64,000 nucleotides of DNA from Oopsacas minuta (GCA_024704765.1 JAKMXF010000255.1:496001-560000); one strand, 5' to 3'; positions 47,480 through 59,426 are shown, counted from the stretch's first letter. Notes: generated from the sequence alone by a model not told the origin. Program-made: numbers and translations.

Positions 47480-48485
47480 AGAAATATATTAATTAGTAAT
47501 ATGTGTAGAATGTATGTACGTCTCTAGGTTAATATGTAAAGATATGATTGTGAGTGAATGCATATTTTTGGTAGTTACCTAATGCAGTTGTACTGCACAA
47601 ATGTAACTATAATAGCAATGGCATTCACTAGTGTACCATACAATTGTTTATGTTGTTAAAATATGAAGTATAATGTTGTTATTAGGTTTATTTTCCAGCC
47701 GAGATATTTGCGAAAATTCGAAAATTTGAAGTGTCTTTTTGAATGGTTGAGAAAAGACGATTTCTCTGAATTCAATCTGTACTGACCGAATAATTGAGTT
47801 ATTTATTCAATTGTTCTGTGTGGGATAAATTGGAAGGGTATTGAAAAGCAGATAGGTTTCATGGAAAAGTTCGAAATTCTGTATAATTATTTGACACATT
47901 TATCGAATACAGGCACCAACTCTCCCCATGGAATTTTCATTTATTCATTTTTGTAGACATTTCTAAATATAACTATATATTGACAATACCATGGCAACCT
48001 TCTAGAGATCCTGCGCTAGCCTCTCCCCATCTGTCAGGTTTATTATCTGTATGTATGCAACAGTTGCCAGAAATAGACAGAATCTTAATTCCTTGGTCAC
48101 ACTACAAGCTCAACTATTTATCAGTAATATCCTTTCAATTTATAGCTTACTCGATACATTACGATATCTATAATGAACACATACAGTAATTTATATTTTG
48201 ATAGTTTGTGTTGATTTACGTATCCAATGTAATATCAAGAAAGCATACTCAATTATTTTATTAATATTTCAAATAATTATGGATACGATATGGTTGTCAG
48301 TTAATTATAAATACCACATAACAATTATTTCTAACAATATGAATATATGTTTTGATATATCAGCTAATCTGTAAGAATATTGTTCTACATAAATACTTCT
48401 CAAGGAATAAGTACAAGCATATAGCCATGTTGCGACTTACAAGTATTCCAACAGAATGAATAATAGTACGTATTTATCACTATGT

Positions 48486-48674
48486 CAGTGGTGGTCCCAC
48501 GGGGGGGACAAAGGGGGCATTTTCCCCGGATTCGAAAATCCTGGCCTCGACCCGGCCCCGGTATTTCCCAGATCCTCAGACCACCACTGCCTATTATATA
48601 ATACGATTTTGCTCCGGGTTTGAACTATTGTTCCCTGTCTTGCCCCGGGTATGCAAAATCCTGGGACCGCCCTG
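48486..48674. mobile_element. hAT-type MITE (GC-rich)
   Basis: Ends CAGTGGTGGTCCC / GGGACCGCCCTG with an internal extra terminus (GACCACCACTG at 48579-48589); flanks CACTATGT / CCCTATCT (6/8 match). Confidence 0.55.
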
Positions 48675-48822
48675 CCCTATCTACCTGGAGTACTACTCAT
48701 AATATGTAGATAGATAATTTAGAGTATATTTGTACAATTCAAAGTCACGCATAACTATGGGGCTTAAGACATTTTGTGTTGTCTAGTTATTTATTTCACA
48801 TCACCTAACGTTATGACACACA

Positions 48823-49668
48823 ATGTACACAGTTCATAGAGATTTTGACCGCAGTCCTTACCCCACTAATCATCCCATCCATTTTACACTCCCTAAGTAC
48901 TCTTCAGAGATCCCAATCCATGAGGAAGCTGTGAATCCTTGTGATGATGATGTGCCTCTCCGTCCTCCCCCTCTCAGGGGTGTACCACTTCCAAGGAGAG
49001 AGGAGTTTGATTCTCCTCTCAGTCCTAAGCTAGAAGAAGACCTCCTTAGCACACTGATAGTGGCAAAGGAAACTAAAACTATGGAGCGTACTAAAGAACC
49101 ACCATCACCCAATCTACCATCAGGAGTAGTAGACCTATTGATATCTCTTGAGAGCTTATCCCAATCTCTCTCACTTCCTCATAAACAATCTCTTTCTCAG
49201 CAACTCACTAGATTATCCTACTCCTTACAGACTGATTGTTTGTATCCAGAAAATGACCAGCAATGGCAGACGCCAACAAATATCAATTCTAATCCTCCGC
49301 AAATAACTCCAAGGAAATCCGGTGCCACATCACAAGATCTCCTCCCTAATAGTCACGTCATAACTCCCTCCGCACTTTCCTCTGACTGGAGTGGCCCAGG
49401 AAGTTTCGATCATCAAAAACCGACACAGCTAGAATTGAATCCTAACCATCAGCGGTCTGTTAGTGTACAGTACGATACTCAGAGATCTTTCCTCAGACAG
49501 ACGAGTGGGGAGAGAATTTATGCTAACATGTCTTCCACTCCTTGCACAACCCCAGGTAACAGTGATCCATTAGCTCCTCCACTACCCCCTAGAGACCACT
49601 TTGTATCAAAAGTTGAGTACCATAATGTTCCAGCTACTAGAGGCCCAAATATGAAGACTGACTATTGA
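48823..49668 (+). CDS. Pro/Ser-rich, probably disordered 281-aa protein with PxxP and Tyr motifs; possibly a terminal exon
   Basis: Long open frame with coding-like composition; PLRPPPLR, PPLPPRD, IYANM. No upstream exon could be joined in phase. Confidence 0.55.
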   Translation: MYTVHRDFDRSPYPTNHPIHFTLPKYSSEIPIHEEAVNPCDDDVPLRPPPLRGVPLPRREEFDSPLSPKLEEDLLSTLIVAKETKTMERTKEPPSPNLPSGVVDLLISLESLSQSLSLPHKQSLSQQLTRLSYSLQTDCLYPENDQQWQTPTNINSNPPQITPRKSGATSQDLLPNSHVITPSALSSDWSGPGSFDHQKPTQLELNPNHQRSVSVQYDTQRSFLRQTSGERIYANMSSTPCTTPGNSDPLAPPLPPRDHFVSKVEYHNVPATRGPNMKTDY

Positions 49669-50414
49669 GATATGTTACTCAGTCCTGCCATTTGTGTTTG
49701 ATATATTATTTGTTAAATGCATGCTTCTTACAGTTAAATCTTGTATACTTATGTTTTTATGAATTTGAATGTTCTTTCTAAAGCAGTTCTATACGATAAT
49801 GCATAAATATAGGGTAAACACCTTTGTTAACGGTTTATATCAGTGACGTAGCTAGCCTCATGCCACTAGTGGAGCATGGTACTGAAAGGTTGTGTATGGT
49901 GCTAATAATATTTTATGCATGATATAATTGATAAATACTAACAATAGTTGTCCGATTGCATAATGAAGTCAAGAAATTCTGGAGTATGACACTATGACAG
50001 AGTTAAAACATTATCAACAACCCCACAAATCTATTCTTATAGCGCTCTTCTGAGTCTCTGACAGTTGAAAATATCAATCACTTTATCCAAATGCAGACCG
50101 GTAGGTGGTGCTATAATTTTACTACTAGTGTTCTATCACCCCATAATGGCTACACCGCAGGTATATATGAATATCGTACTGAGGATACATTTCTATTTAC
50201 TTCTTGATATACTATGAGTACATATTTCTGCGACATCTCAGTATTGAGAAATTTGAATTCGATTAAACATTCCATAAATCCTTTCCTTGACAACGGACAG
50301 ACAGACAAACAAAAATAGCAATTTAATAAATTGATTAATATCATCCATTAGATTATTACGTAATTTTTATTCACATCAAACTATTTACATATTGCTTCTG
50401 TTTGGTTAATGTAC

Positions 50415-52058
50415 TTACACGGTTTTTTGCTCTTTTCTACCTCTCATCTCTTTTGTCTTCAAAACTTTGTCTAGATATTTTGCTGTGGCGTTAAATTCAT
50501 ATTTCAGCTGGTGTATTTCTGATAATATTATTTCCAATTCTTTTTCTGTCTCTCTAAGAATTTTTGTATTTTCTTCCACAATTTTCATCTTTTCTAATTC
50601 ATCTTCATTCTTCCTTACTTTAATTTCAATCTTGAATGGATATCTTTGATGTTTAGTATAGTGGCACTTTCCCGGACACATTTCACAACTCCCAATAGGT
50701 CCAGTAATGGCACTGCGACACATTCTTGCTTTAATGTCATTACATGGTACATGACATGTGTGTTTACATGTTATGCAGTTAAATGCAAACTCTCCTTCCT
50801 CAAGTAAAACTTCTTTTTTATCGATTTTTATTTTGTGCTTTTCGTTTTCTATTTCTCTTTTCAAATCAAATATTTCTTTACTTTCTTTCATGTACTTTTC
50901 TTGGCAAGATAGAACTTTGGGACATTTATCTTTTAAGTTTTCATATATTCGTTCCAAATCTTCGCTTAGGTTATTATACAACGCTTCATTGTTATCATTG
51001 GTGCATATTAATTTGAGGTATATGCAGATTTTCACACCTATTAACTCAACTTTTGTGACACGAAACTGGGCTCCGCACGGGTACACGTACTCATCAACAT
51101 ATGGTAGATACCGTGGCGACCATATACACCCAAAACTGTTATCAATCTGAAACCAACAATTTCCATTGAAATTTTTTGGTATCATCTTGTTAGAACAAGC
51201 CATGAATGATAGCCAAGAAAATTCCTTACCAACTTTATACTGATCTATTTCCCTCTGTCCTATCCTAACACCTCTATATGTGTAGCCGGCACACTTCTCA
51301 AGATCCTCCCAGTACATGAACACTGCATTAAGTACCATGAAATACACACCGAGGTTTATAGTTGTTTGGTTAGTAAGCTCTCTCGCTAAATGATGGTTAA
51401 ATCCATTATCTGTATACAGGTTAATTACATCGCTGTAGAATTCGTTGATAGTGTTTTCCCTGTCGAGAGATGTTCTGTATACACGTAGTTCCCTGTTTAA
51501 TAAAGTCCTGACTTTTGCTAATGTATTACTTCCAATGTAATGGAAGAAGTAGCCAATTATTTCATGGAAATACATACACTTGTCAGGGTTAAACAATTCC
51601 CAACAGACCCCTGTATTTGCACGTATTGTACGAGTGGTGTATTTGTGTAGGATATTATTACAAATTGAATTTTCTGTAAGAATAGGCATTGACATGTTTT
51701 CTTGCTTTATTTTCTGGATTTTCCATCCAATTGTGGCCTTTATTTCTTTTGAGAGTTTGCTGTTTCTCTCCAGGATGTGTTTAAGAATATTCAGGTTGCA
51801 TGTCGGGTAGCTAAGCAGTCGATTCATCGCTGTCACATCGCCACTTGATGCCACATAATCAAGTGGAGTATTGCCTGTTTTAAGTGATGTGTTGATTGTG
51901 TAAACATGTTTGTCTATAATCAAAAACATTTTACTCCAGTCTTTTTGTATACACGCTTTTGTTAGTTGTTCGTATATTTGTTCGTGTTCTTTAACAAACT
52001 CTTTGCCTGTTTCATTTGTGAGATCAATTTTTGTTATAGCAGTGTATTTTGTAGCCAT
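50415..52058 (-). CDS. Ankyrin + ADP-ribosyltransferase-like (degenerate R-A-E) + Cys-rich + coiled-coil protein, 547 aa, intronless
   Basis: ANK: GNTPLDYVASSGDVTAMNRLL. ART-like: INLYT, YTYRGV, FSWLSFMACS, GNCWFQI, YVDEYVYPCGAQFRV. Cys-rich: CITCKHTCHVPC...C...CEMCPGKCHYTKH. Confidence 0.85.
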   Translation of the reverse strand: MATKYTAITKIDLTNETGKEFVKEHEQIYEQLTKACIQKDWSKMFLIIDKHVYTINTSLKTGNTPLDYVASSGDVTAMNRLLSYPTCNLNILKHILERNSKLSKEIKATIGWKIQKIKQENMSMPILTENSICNNILHKYTTRTIRANTGVCWELFNPDKCMYFHEIIGYFFHYIGSNTLAKVRTLLNRELRVYRTSLDRENTINEFYSDVINLYTDNGFNHHLARELTNQTTINLGVYFMVLNAVFMYWEDLEKCAGYTYRGVRIGQREIDQYKVGKEFSWLSFMACSNKMIPKNFNGNCWFQIDNSFGCIWSPRYLPYVDEYVYPCGAQFRVTKVELIGVKICIYLKLICTNDNNEALYNNLSEDLERIYENLKDKCPKVLSCQEKYMKESKEIFDLKREIENEKHKIKIDKKEVLLEEGEFAFNCITCKHTCHVPCNDIKARMCRSAITGPIGSCEMCPGKCHYTKHQRYPFKIEIKVRKNEDELEKMKIVEENTKILRETEKELEIILSEIHQLKYEFNATAKYLDKVLKTKEMRGRKEQKTV

Positions 52059-53194
52059 TTTGTATAGTTGTCGAATGTTCTCCTCTTATATCTTACAAAC
52101 TTAGGATAATGTGTATAATCACCAATGACACTCAGATCGTAATATTTTAGAATTGAGATTATGTAATATCATTTTTATTCGATTCATTTCTTATAAGTTA
52201 TAATATACGATTATCATTTTCATTGAATTACGGCCCAAACTCTTGAAGATATTATTTAATTTACTTTATCAAGAGATTACCTAATCTCAATATTTTTGTG
52301 CTGGTCACGAGCTTTATTTATGTACAATCTCCACAATATAATGATCAGAAATAGTAGAAATGCTGTTAACAGCAATCTCTCCTCCCTCAAAAACTCATTA
52401 ACCATCCCCAAATTCTTGTTGTCCTAAGCTGTTAACGGTTGGAAACTACCTTTAATTAACAGTACGATAGTTGGAGTTAACAGCAAATCTTTCTTCACTC
52501 AAAATCCCATCATAAGTAAACAATTTTGGTTTTGCTTTGTTGTTAATATACATAGTAAGTAATTCATCAAGAGGGATAGTATTAAAAAATCTTTCCATCC
52601 TTGCTGGAACTCACATATTGTAAAGCAGGATGTATAGTCTCATTATTCTGTTTTATAACCAAAATTAACCAGGTCTAATACACATTTGAGAGTTGCTGTT
52701 AACAGCAGCATTTTATGTTTGCTGTTCCATCTGAAAATCTCATAGTGACAATAAGATACCATTGAGGAAGATTGACAGATAAGATTCAATAACAGTATTC
52801 CCAACATCCGGGATTATCGAGATTGCTCTCCCGACAAACTCCGGGTGTTATCCACTGCTAAGCGATTCGTAGGGTGCCTAGGGTCATCACATGTATCCCC
52901 TATCTAAATCTTTGTGATTTGAAATCTACGTGGGATTTATCAAAATCAGTACGGCTATACTACTTAGCCTTAATAATCACGAGATTTACATATCTCTAAT
53001 ATTTTCTCTCTTATGTAATAAAAGAGATTACTTCATATCTTCTGAAATATCAAGATGGATATTCATCTCAAAATATTATAGACCTTCTTATAGTCAAGAA
53101 TATTACATCATCTCGTGGTGGTTATTATGTTATAAGATATTCTCTTATTTAACGGAATTATAAATTCATTAACAATCAATACTTCTTATTATAT
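52059..53194. promoter_or_regulatory. Probable bidirectional promoter region between the divergent ART genes
   Basis: 1136 bp between two head-to-head start codons. No specific site could be supported. Confidence 0.4.
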
Positions 53195-55429
53195 ATGGCG
53201 AGCTTATATTCGAATACAGATCCATACAGTGAACCCTCAGATGCAGACACTCCCGTGATGGTACTGGCATCTAAAAATGGGATCTGGGATACTGTGTGGA
53301 GTATTTTGGATAAAAAACCATATCTAGTGAACTCCATCCCTAAGGAGAGAGCCTGGGCTATTTTGCACCAGGCTGTTTGGTGGAAGAACATCAATGCTGT
53401 TGAGAGGATTCTACAAATTCCAGGATGTGATTCTGAGCTACTTACTAAGAACGGTCTGAGACCTCTGGATATCGAGACTACAGTAGGGATACAACAACTA
53501 ATTAAGAAACACATAAATTCCAATGAACTTTCTAAGTCATCATTTTTCTTGACTCTCGAAGAGCTGGCAGAACCAGCTGATGAAATTCCCTGTAATATGT
53601 CAGATGAAGAGTTAGATGAAAAGGAACCTCAAAAGACAAAAGAAATACACGAAGCTGCGAAAAAACGGAATTGGAAAACAATGTTTAAGATCTTGAAAAT
53701 TTGGGGACATCTGATCAATTTGGTTAATCCTGAGACAGGCTTGGCCCCCATCCACGAGGCTGCAATAGATGGGAATGATAAAGCTGTGATAGAGTTAATG
53801 AGTTACACTGCTTGTGATCCACTTGTCAAGACTAAAAAGCCTGCTAAAGTTGGCCATGGAAAGACAGCAGCAGAAATCACCGCAAGCCAAGCAGTGAAGT
53901 CAGCAATTCATTGGAACTTGAATGAATCGAAGAAAAAGTACACAACAGCCCCCACGTGTGTAGATCCTGGAACCGCTCAGTTGAATCTCATGTGGTATGT
54001 GCATGAAGCTATCCTGAATAACAGCATTTGTGATAAAACATATGATTCGAAATACTATAGGTCATTTCCTGATATGGAAGAAGGTATTTTCAACTTTATT
54101 AATGTGATAAATAATTGGGAGTCAGCTAGAGATAGTGTAGTCAAGGAGATCAAGAGAATAGATGCAGCTAAAATTGAGGCAATACAAAACACAAATAGTA
54201 AAGACGCTTTTTTTCAATCTTTAATTCATCTGTACACTACAGAATATTACAGTAGGTTGAATAAGTGTCTACGTGAACATCCAACCAGTCTACCTGATGT
54301 GGTCACAAAATCAGATAAATCATATCGAGTATACACTGCTCTGATTAATGCTTTGCTATTCTATGGTGATTTTAATGGTCTAAAAAAGCAATGCACTGAA
54401 GTAACCTATCGTGGTATGGAACTCTCTAGCAAAGATTTACAACAGTACACTAAAGTTGGTAACAAGTTTTCTTGGATACCTTTCACTTCTAGTTCAATCG
54501 AAGAAAAGTCCCGTTTTCCAGGCAATTGTTTGTTCATTTTTAACAATAAGACTAAATGTCAATGGTCTCCTAGAGGGATAAAAGACATATCTGAATACGA
54601 AAATGAACACGAATATCTTTATCCATGCGGTGCCTATTTTGAAGTAACTAAATTCAAAAAACAGATTAACCATAATGACAAAAATCATATTTATCTGAAA
54701 CTAATCGATTTACCTAAAGTCCTAAAGCCTTTCGAATTAATATACGATAAGACGAAACTTAACTATGATAATTTGGTTTTGGAATATAATAAAGTTTACT
54801 GCCCTATTATTGCACAGAGGAGATTGGTAGATGAAGCAAATGAAAGATTGCATGAGCTTCATTCGGAAATGGGCAGAAATAGAAATTATAAGAAGGAGGC
54901 TGCAGAACACAAAGTTTCCAAAATCAACCTACCTAAAGGAGAAACGGCTTATCACTGTAGAGACTGTAATACGACCTGTGACTATCCTTGTCCTGAATCT
55001 CATATGTATTTGGAGAGATGCCGGTTTTGCATTCCCTGCGCAGAGGGAGCCTGCACGAAGTGTAGAGGGAAATGCTACTTCAAGAGACATACCAAAACAA
55101 ACTTTAAAATTCATGAAGAGGTCGTCAATAGAACAGTTATTGATGTACCCATGAGGACAAAGTACGAAGCTGCTGAGACTAACTACAGAAGTCAGAATGT
55201 TGAGTACCAAACATTGAAATTGAATTGGGAAACAAACTTCCATAAATTTCCTAAAGCAACTCAGCTAATAACAAAGATGACGGAATCAACTCAACAGCTA
55301 GCTAACATTCTTGGTGTTAACGATGATAATGCTTGGGACAATTGGGATGATACAGTTATACAGTTTAGTGAGTGTAGAAGTTTCGTTGAAGAGTGCCGCT
55401 TTGAAATGAGTCAATTGGGTCTCATGTAG
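53195..55429 (+). CDS. Two ankyrin modules + R-S-E type mono-ADP-ribosyltransferase + Cys-rich + coiled-coil protein, 744 aa, intronless
   Basis: ANK: WAILHQAVWWKNINAVERIL and GLAPIHEAAIDGNDKAVIEL. ART: LYTTEYYSRLNKCLR, VTYRGM, PFTSSS, ISEYENEHEYLYPCGAYFEV. Cys-rich: CRDCNTTCDYPC...CTKCRGKCYFKRH. No signal peptide or GPI signal. Confidence 0.9.
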   Translation: MASLYSNTDPYSEPSDADTPVMVLASKNGIWDTVWSILDKKPYLVNSIPKERAWAILHQAVWWKNINAVERILQIPGCDSELLTKNGLRPLDIETTVGIQQLIKKHINSNELSKSSFFLTLEELAEPADEIPCNMSDEELDEKEPQKTKEIHEAAKKRNWKTMFKILKIWGHLINLVNPETGLAPIHEAAIDGNDKAVIELMSYTACDPLVKTKKPAKVGHGKTAAEITASQAVKSAIHWNLNESKKKYTTAPTCVDPGTAQLNLMWYVHEAILNNSICDKTYDSKYYRSFPDMEEGIFNFINVINNWESARDSVVKEIKRIDAAKIEAIQNTNSKDAFFQSLIHLYTTEYYSRLNKCLREHPTSLPDVVTKSDKSYRVYTALINALLFYGDFNGLKKQCTEVTYRGMELSSKDLQQYTKVGNKFSWIPFTSSSIEEKSRFPGNCLFIFNNKTKCQWSPRGIKDISEYENEHEYLYPCGAYFEVTKFKKQINHNDKNHIYLKLIDLPKVLKPFELIYDKTKLNYDNLVLEYNKVYCPIIAQRRLVDEANERLHELHSEMGRNRNYKKEAAEHKVSKINLPKGETAYHCRDCNTTCDYPCPESHMYLERCRFCIPCAEGACTKCRGKCYFKRHTKTNFKIHEEVVNRTVIDVPMRTKYEAAETNYRSQNVEYQTLKLNWETNFHKFPKATQLITKMTESTQQLANILGVNDDNAWDNWDDTVIQFSECRSFVEECRFEMSQLGLM

Positions 55430-55544
55430 TTCTTTAAAAGATCATTACAGGCAGTATGTATAGAATTTGGTTAGGTTGTGTTGGTGTTATGAAAGTCTGA
55501 GTAATTAGTTTTAGTGTGATATGTTATGATTTATTTTACCATAG

Positions 55545-55791
55545 ACAGAAGTGCCGGATGAATACAATCATGATCCCAATCCAATCCGTAATCCATTTCC
55601 CACACGAACATGAATCCATATCCATTTGGGATACGAATATTGGAATCAAAATCATGAAATCCATAAATTTCATGGATCTGATGGATTGATTCCTTCCGAC
55701 TTTAAATAATCCAGATCCATCCGAAATCCATGGATTTAGGTATTTCACAGATCCATTAAAATCCATTATCCATAATCCATCCTGCCACTCT
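55545..55791. repeat. ATCCAT/ATGGAT-rich element, probably a hAT-like MITE with subterminal repeats
   Basis: Dense ATCC(A/G)(T/A) motifs in both orientations; ends AGTGCCGGATG / CATCCTGCCACT. Confidence 0.5.
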
Positions 55792-55984
55792 AATCATGGA
55801 CTTCTAAACTATCTGGACAGTCAACTCATATTGTTTCTATAGTCCAGCAGCTTATTGTCATTTTTTGGAAAATGGGGAACGGATGGACTAGTCTGCCATA
55901 CTTCTTCTGGTGATTAAATGGACCGTAAGGAATGAATTTGAGATAGGAGACATTTGATCAGATCAATATATTGTAAAACGTTAT

Positions 55985-56335
55985 GAGGTGCTTCGCTTGC
56001 TCGCGCTGCGCGGATTGCGAACACTTTGTGTTCACAAGGAACTCGGCACTTCGTGCCTCGAATTTCTCAAAGTATAAAATTGCAATTATATTAATATTTC
56101 AGCAATTTGTTTACTTTATATTCATAAAAAAAACAATAAATTTTCATATGATTAATCCAACAGTGTGAAAATCGGATTCAGTATCTTCGATATATTTAGT
56201 GAAGTTTTATTGAATTCTATTTACTTACTTGATAGACACGATAAATACATAGTTATGCGACAATTTCAAAATTACATACCGTAAATCCTTTCCTTGACAA
56301 CGGACAAACAAACAACAATTGAGATTTACTATACA
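55985..56335 (+). mobile_element. Helentron-like HINE copy homologous to 39015-39424
   Basis: Shared hairpin, core and ACAAAC-rich 3' end. Confidence 0.55.
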
Positions 56336-57749
56336 GCATACGCATTTCATTATTCTTAGGATATAGAGCATATTTGGACCATTTTTACAAAATACACAGA
56401 CATAATTTCATTATCCTAATGTGTCAATTTGTGTCTAGGAAAGTGTCCACAACCCTGAAATACATCATTATTATCGAAACATAAAAACCACGGAAAGCCT
56501 AGTTAATCAACTTATTTATAAATGGCATTATACCATGCATGATCATCACCATAAATCCTATTCGATAGTGAAGTGTCTTCTAATTCCGACACCATCCATC
56601 TAATGTGGAGTTCGGCATTGTCACTCCTGAACGCGAATAGTTGTCCGTCATCATATTTGCAGATTTGTATTGAATTTCATGTGGCAGCTTTTATGCCACT
56701 GGGCCTGTGCTACCAATTCCCCTGTTGAAACATTTTGTCAAAAACTCAGTTCAATGCTAAACTCTGATTTGGCCTCTACTTAGTCCCTGCTAAAATCTTG
56801 GTACAACTTGCCCAGTTGTTCTCCTTCAACTCGTCAGGCCACTGGACTACCATGCTAACTTAGCCAGTATGATAATTATACTTGATATCTCGAAAACCGT
56901 TAGTTCTATAGTATTAAATATATTATTGTCGGATAGGAAGTCATGTATGGGGATTTCAGTGGTCATATTGGCATACTTGAAATGTTTGTAGTTTGTGAGT
57001 TTTGCGGTTTTCACACCTTTTGTAATTATCCACATAGGGATATCTATTAGTAGCGACAATAATAAATAGCACCCTTTGGACCGAATAAATGTTTTTGATA
57101 TTTAACAATACACTCTCAGTCTATCTCTACAAACTATTTCCAAGTCGAAATGACGTCATTTAGGACATCTTATAGGGTATATATATATATATATATATAT
57201 GTCATGGAATGTGTGACGTCTTCCATCCGAAATCTATCACTAGCAGTCCGATCAAAAAATGGTACAAATGAATAATTATTCATTTAGGGCTGGATATTCC
57301 GTATACGTTTGGCGGCTCTGATGAGTGGTCTTAATAGTTAAATGGATTGAGATCAGAGAGACACACAGGTTGTTGCAGACCTGTGTATCAGCCGTTTAAC
57401 TCAGAGTAAGTCATAAGGGCTCCTCTCATCATTTCAAATCCAACTGAGTCTCCAAAAGAGACTGCAGGAAAGGATTACACCTTACTGATGTTATTTGTAC
57501 TTTAATTGTATCAAATTTTAAAGATGAGCCTCTTGTAATCTTATATGGGTTTATATTAAATCTTATATATGGTCTGATCACTGACATAGCGTACTATGAT
57601 TTGGATAATTATCTCATATACGTAGGCGTATAAGTACCCATTCTGGAGGTCCGAACTCAATACCCAATAGGTCTAACTATACAACTTGAAGTTCTTATGT
57701 CTCCTGTTCCTCTACAAACCCCTTTTTGAGTAGTTGTCCACTGTCCTGT

Positions 57750-59426
57750 CAGGGCCGGATTTAACCTGAGTGGCCCGAAAATGGTCGACATTGGTCGGTG
57801 CCCCCCCAAATTTCAATTATTTACAAACTTGAAAGTGTCATATTTACAGTGTAGGGGCCTGTGTCAATATTGGGTGGGAATAAATGACTGACCTGAAGTG
57901 GCATGATGGTTAATATAACATATTTCAAAAGTAAACAGTGTATAAAATGAACTAATCTATGACATGACAATGCCATTTTTCATAAAGTCAGCCTAATATT
58001 ACATGGGCAATTATTCACCCACTAATATAATATTGATTTGAGTTTTGAAATCACACGAAAGAAGAATGTATACTTTTCTACGTAGAACTGATTAGAACCA
58101 CTAAATCAAGCAAATAGAGATTTCGAAGTGCTAGAATATTAATTTAATAATCTAGTTAGGAATTCTAGAATAAAACCATAGAAAATATTAGAATCATAGA
58201 ATGATCAAGAATATTGAGATAATTAATCTAAAACAGTTTTCCAAATTATACTAAAATCAATGTAATGGTGTTCAGGAGTATATCACAGTGTGGAACTATG
58301 CGGTAATAGGTGAAAATTTGACTTCGGTATTTACCAAAATTAATGTGTGCATTCGATTCTACACTATTTCAAACCTAGAAATATGCTATTATTAGTTACT
58401 TAATGAACTCATAACATGTCTAACCAAAGTCTCAAACTTAGGCTAAAATTTGAAATTTGAAAACCACAAATAGTTATTCTTCAAATTCCCTTATGATATT
58501 TCACAAATAGTTATTCTTCAAATACTCTTATGGTATTTCACAAATAGTTATTCTTCAAATACTCTTATGATATTTCAACATTCCAGCATTTTTAGTAATT
58601 CAATGGCATTTATCAGTATTCGTAACATTATGTGATTATTTGAACTCGTTTGCAAAACAAATTAAATGTTTATTTTTTATTCTCTAGCATTTTTAGCCGT
58701 CTACTTTTATCCATATTTCAGCTCCTTGACCTACCTTTTAGGTCCCCGATCTTACACTGCAAATATTTGCAAGTTGAATAGTTGACAATTTCGCATAGTA
58801 TATCTTTCTAAATTTCATTTTCAATAATTTATAGACCCACCCAAAGGCGCCCACTTATACTTTTCTTGACATTAAGTGAATTGGGCACACCCATTCGGAC
58901 GAAATTTATTTTTAGAAATTTTATTTTCGTTATAACATTTTATTATTTCTGTATTTCTAATTCATTAGTATCACTTTATGAAGTATCCAATGCATCAATG
59001 AATTCAGTATACGCATTGTTATTTAAGTTTATCAATAAATAGGGCTGGCTGGCATAAAACACTCACAAATTTAGAACTCATTTATTCTCGAACCATAATT
59101 ATTAATTATATCAAAATACCACAAATTACGTCATAGTCCCATTTCCAGAAGTGCAACTAAAAATCTGGTGCCATTTTTGAAATCTACAGTGTCGATTTTC
59201 ATTTACTATACATGACAATATTTTAACAAATATCTTCAGTGTAAGTATCTATCACCCTATAATCGCCATTTTGTCACACTGTGTATATTATTGATAGGGA
59301 GTTCAACTTCTTAAGTTCGAATTGCAAATATATTTCTAATTTAGAAATTTAGCTTCTAAGAACGACCATTTTTATAAGTGGCCCGAAGGCTATAGCCTAC
59401 TTAGCCTAATGGTAAATCCGGCACTG
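57750..59426. mobile_element. Non-autonomous hAT element, 1677 bp
   Basis: TIR CAGGGCCGGATTTA / TAAATCCGGCACTG; perfect 8-bp TSD TGTCCTGT; no intact transposase. Confidence 0.85.
58465..58575. repeat. 37-bp tandem repeat x3 inside the hAT element
   Basis: CACAAATAGTTATTCTTCAAATACTCTTATGATATTT, three near-identical copies. Confidence 0.9.

Noticed and set aside
56560-56850. Second RT-like fragment (ICKYDDG) and an APE-like fragment near 60560-60700
   Set aside because: Too degraded to distinguish from chance; may belong to the same fossil LINE.
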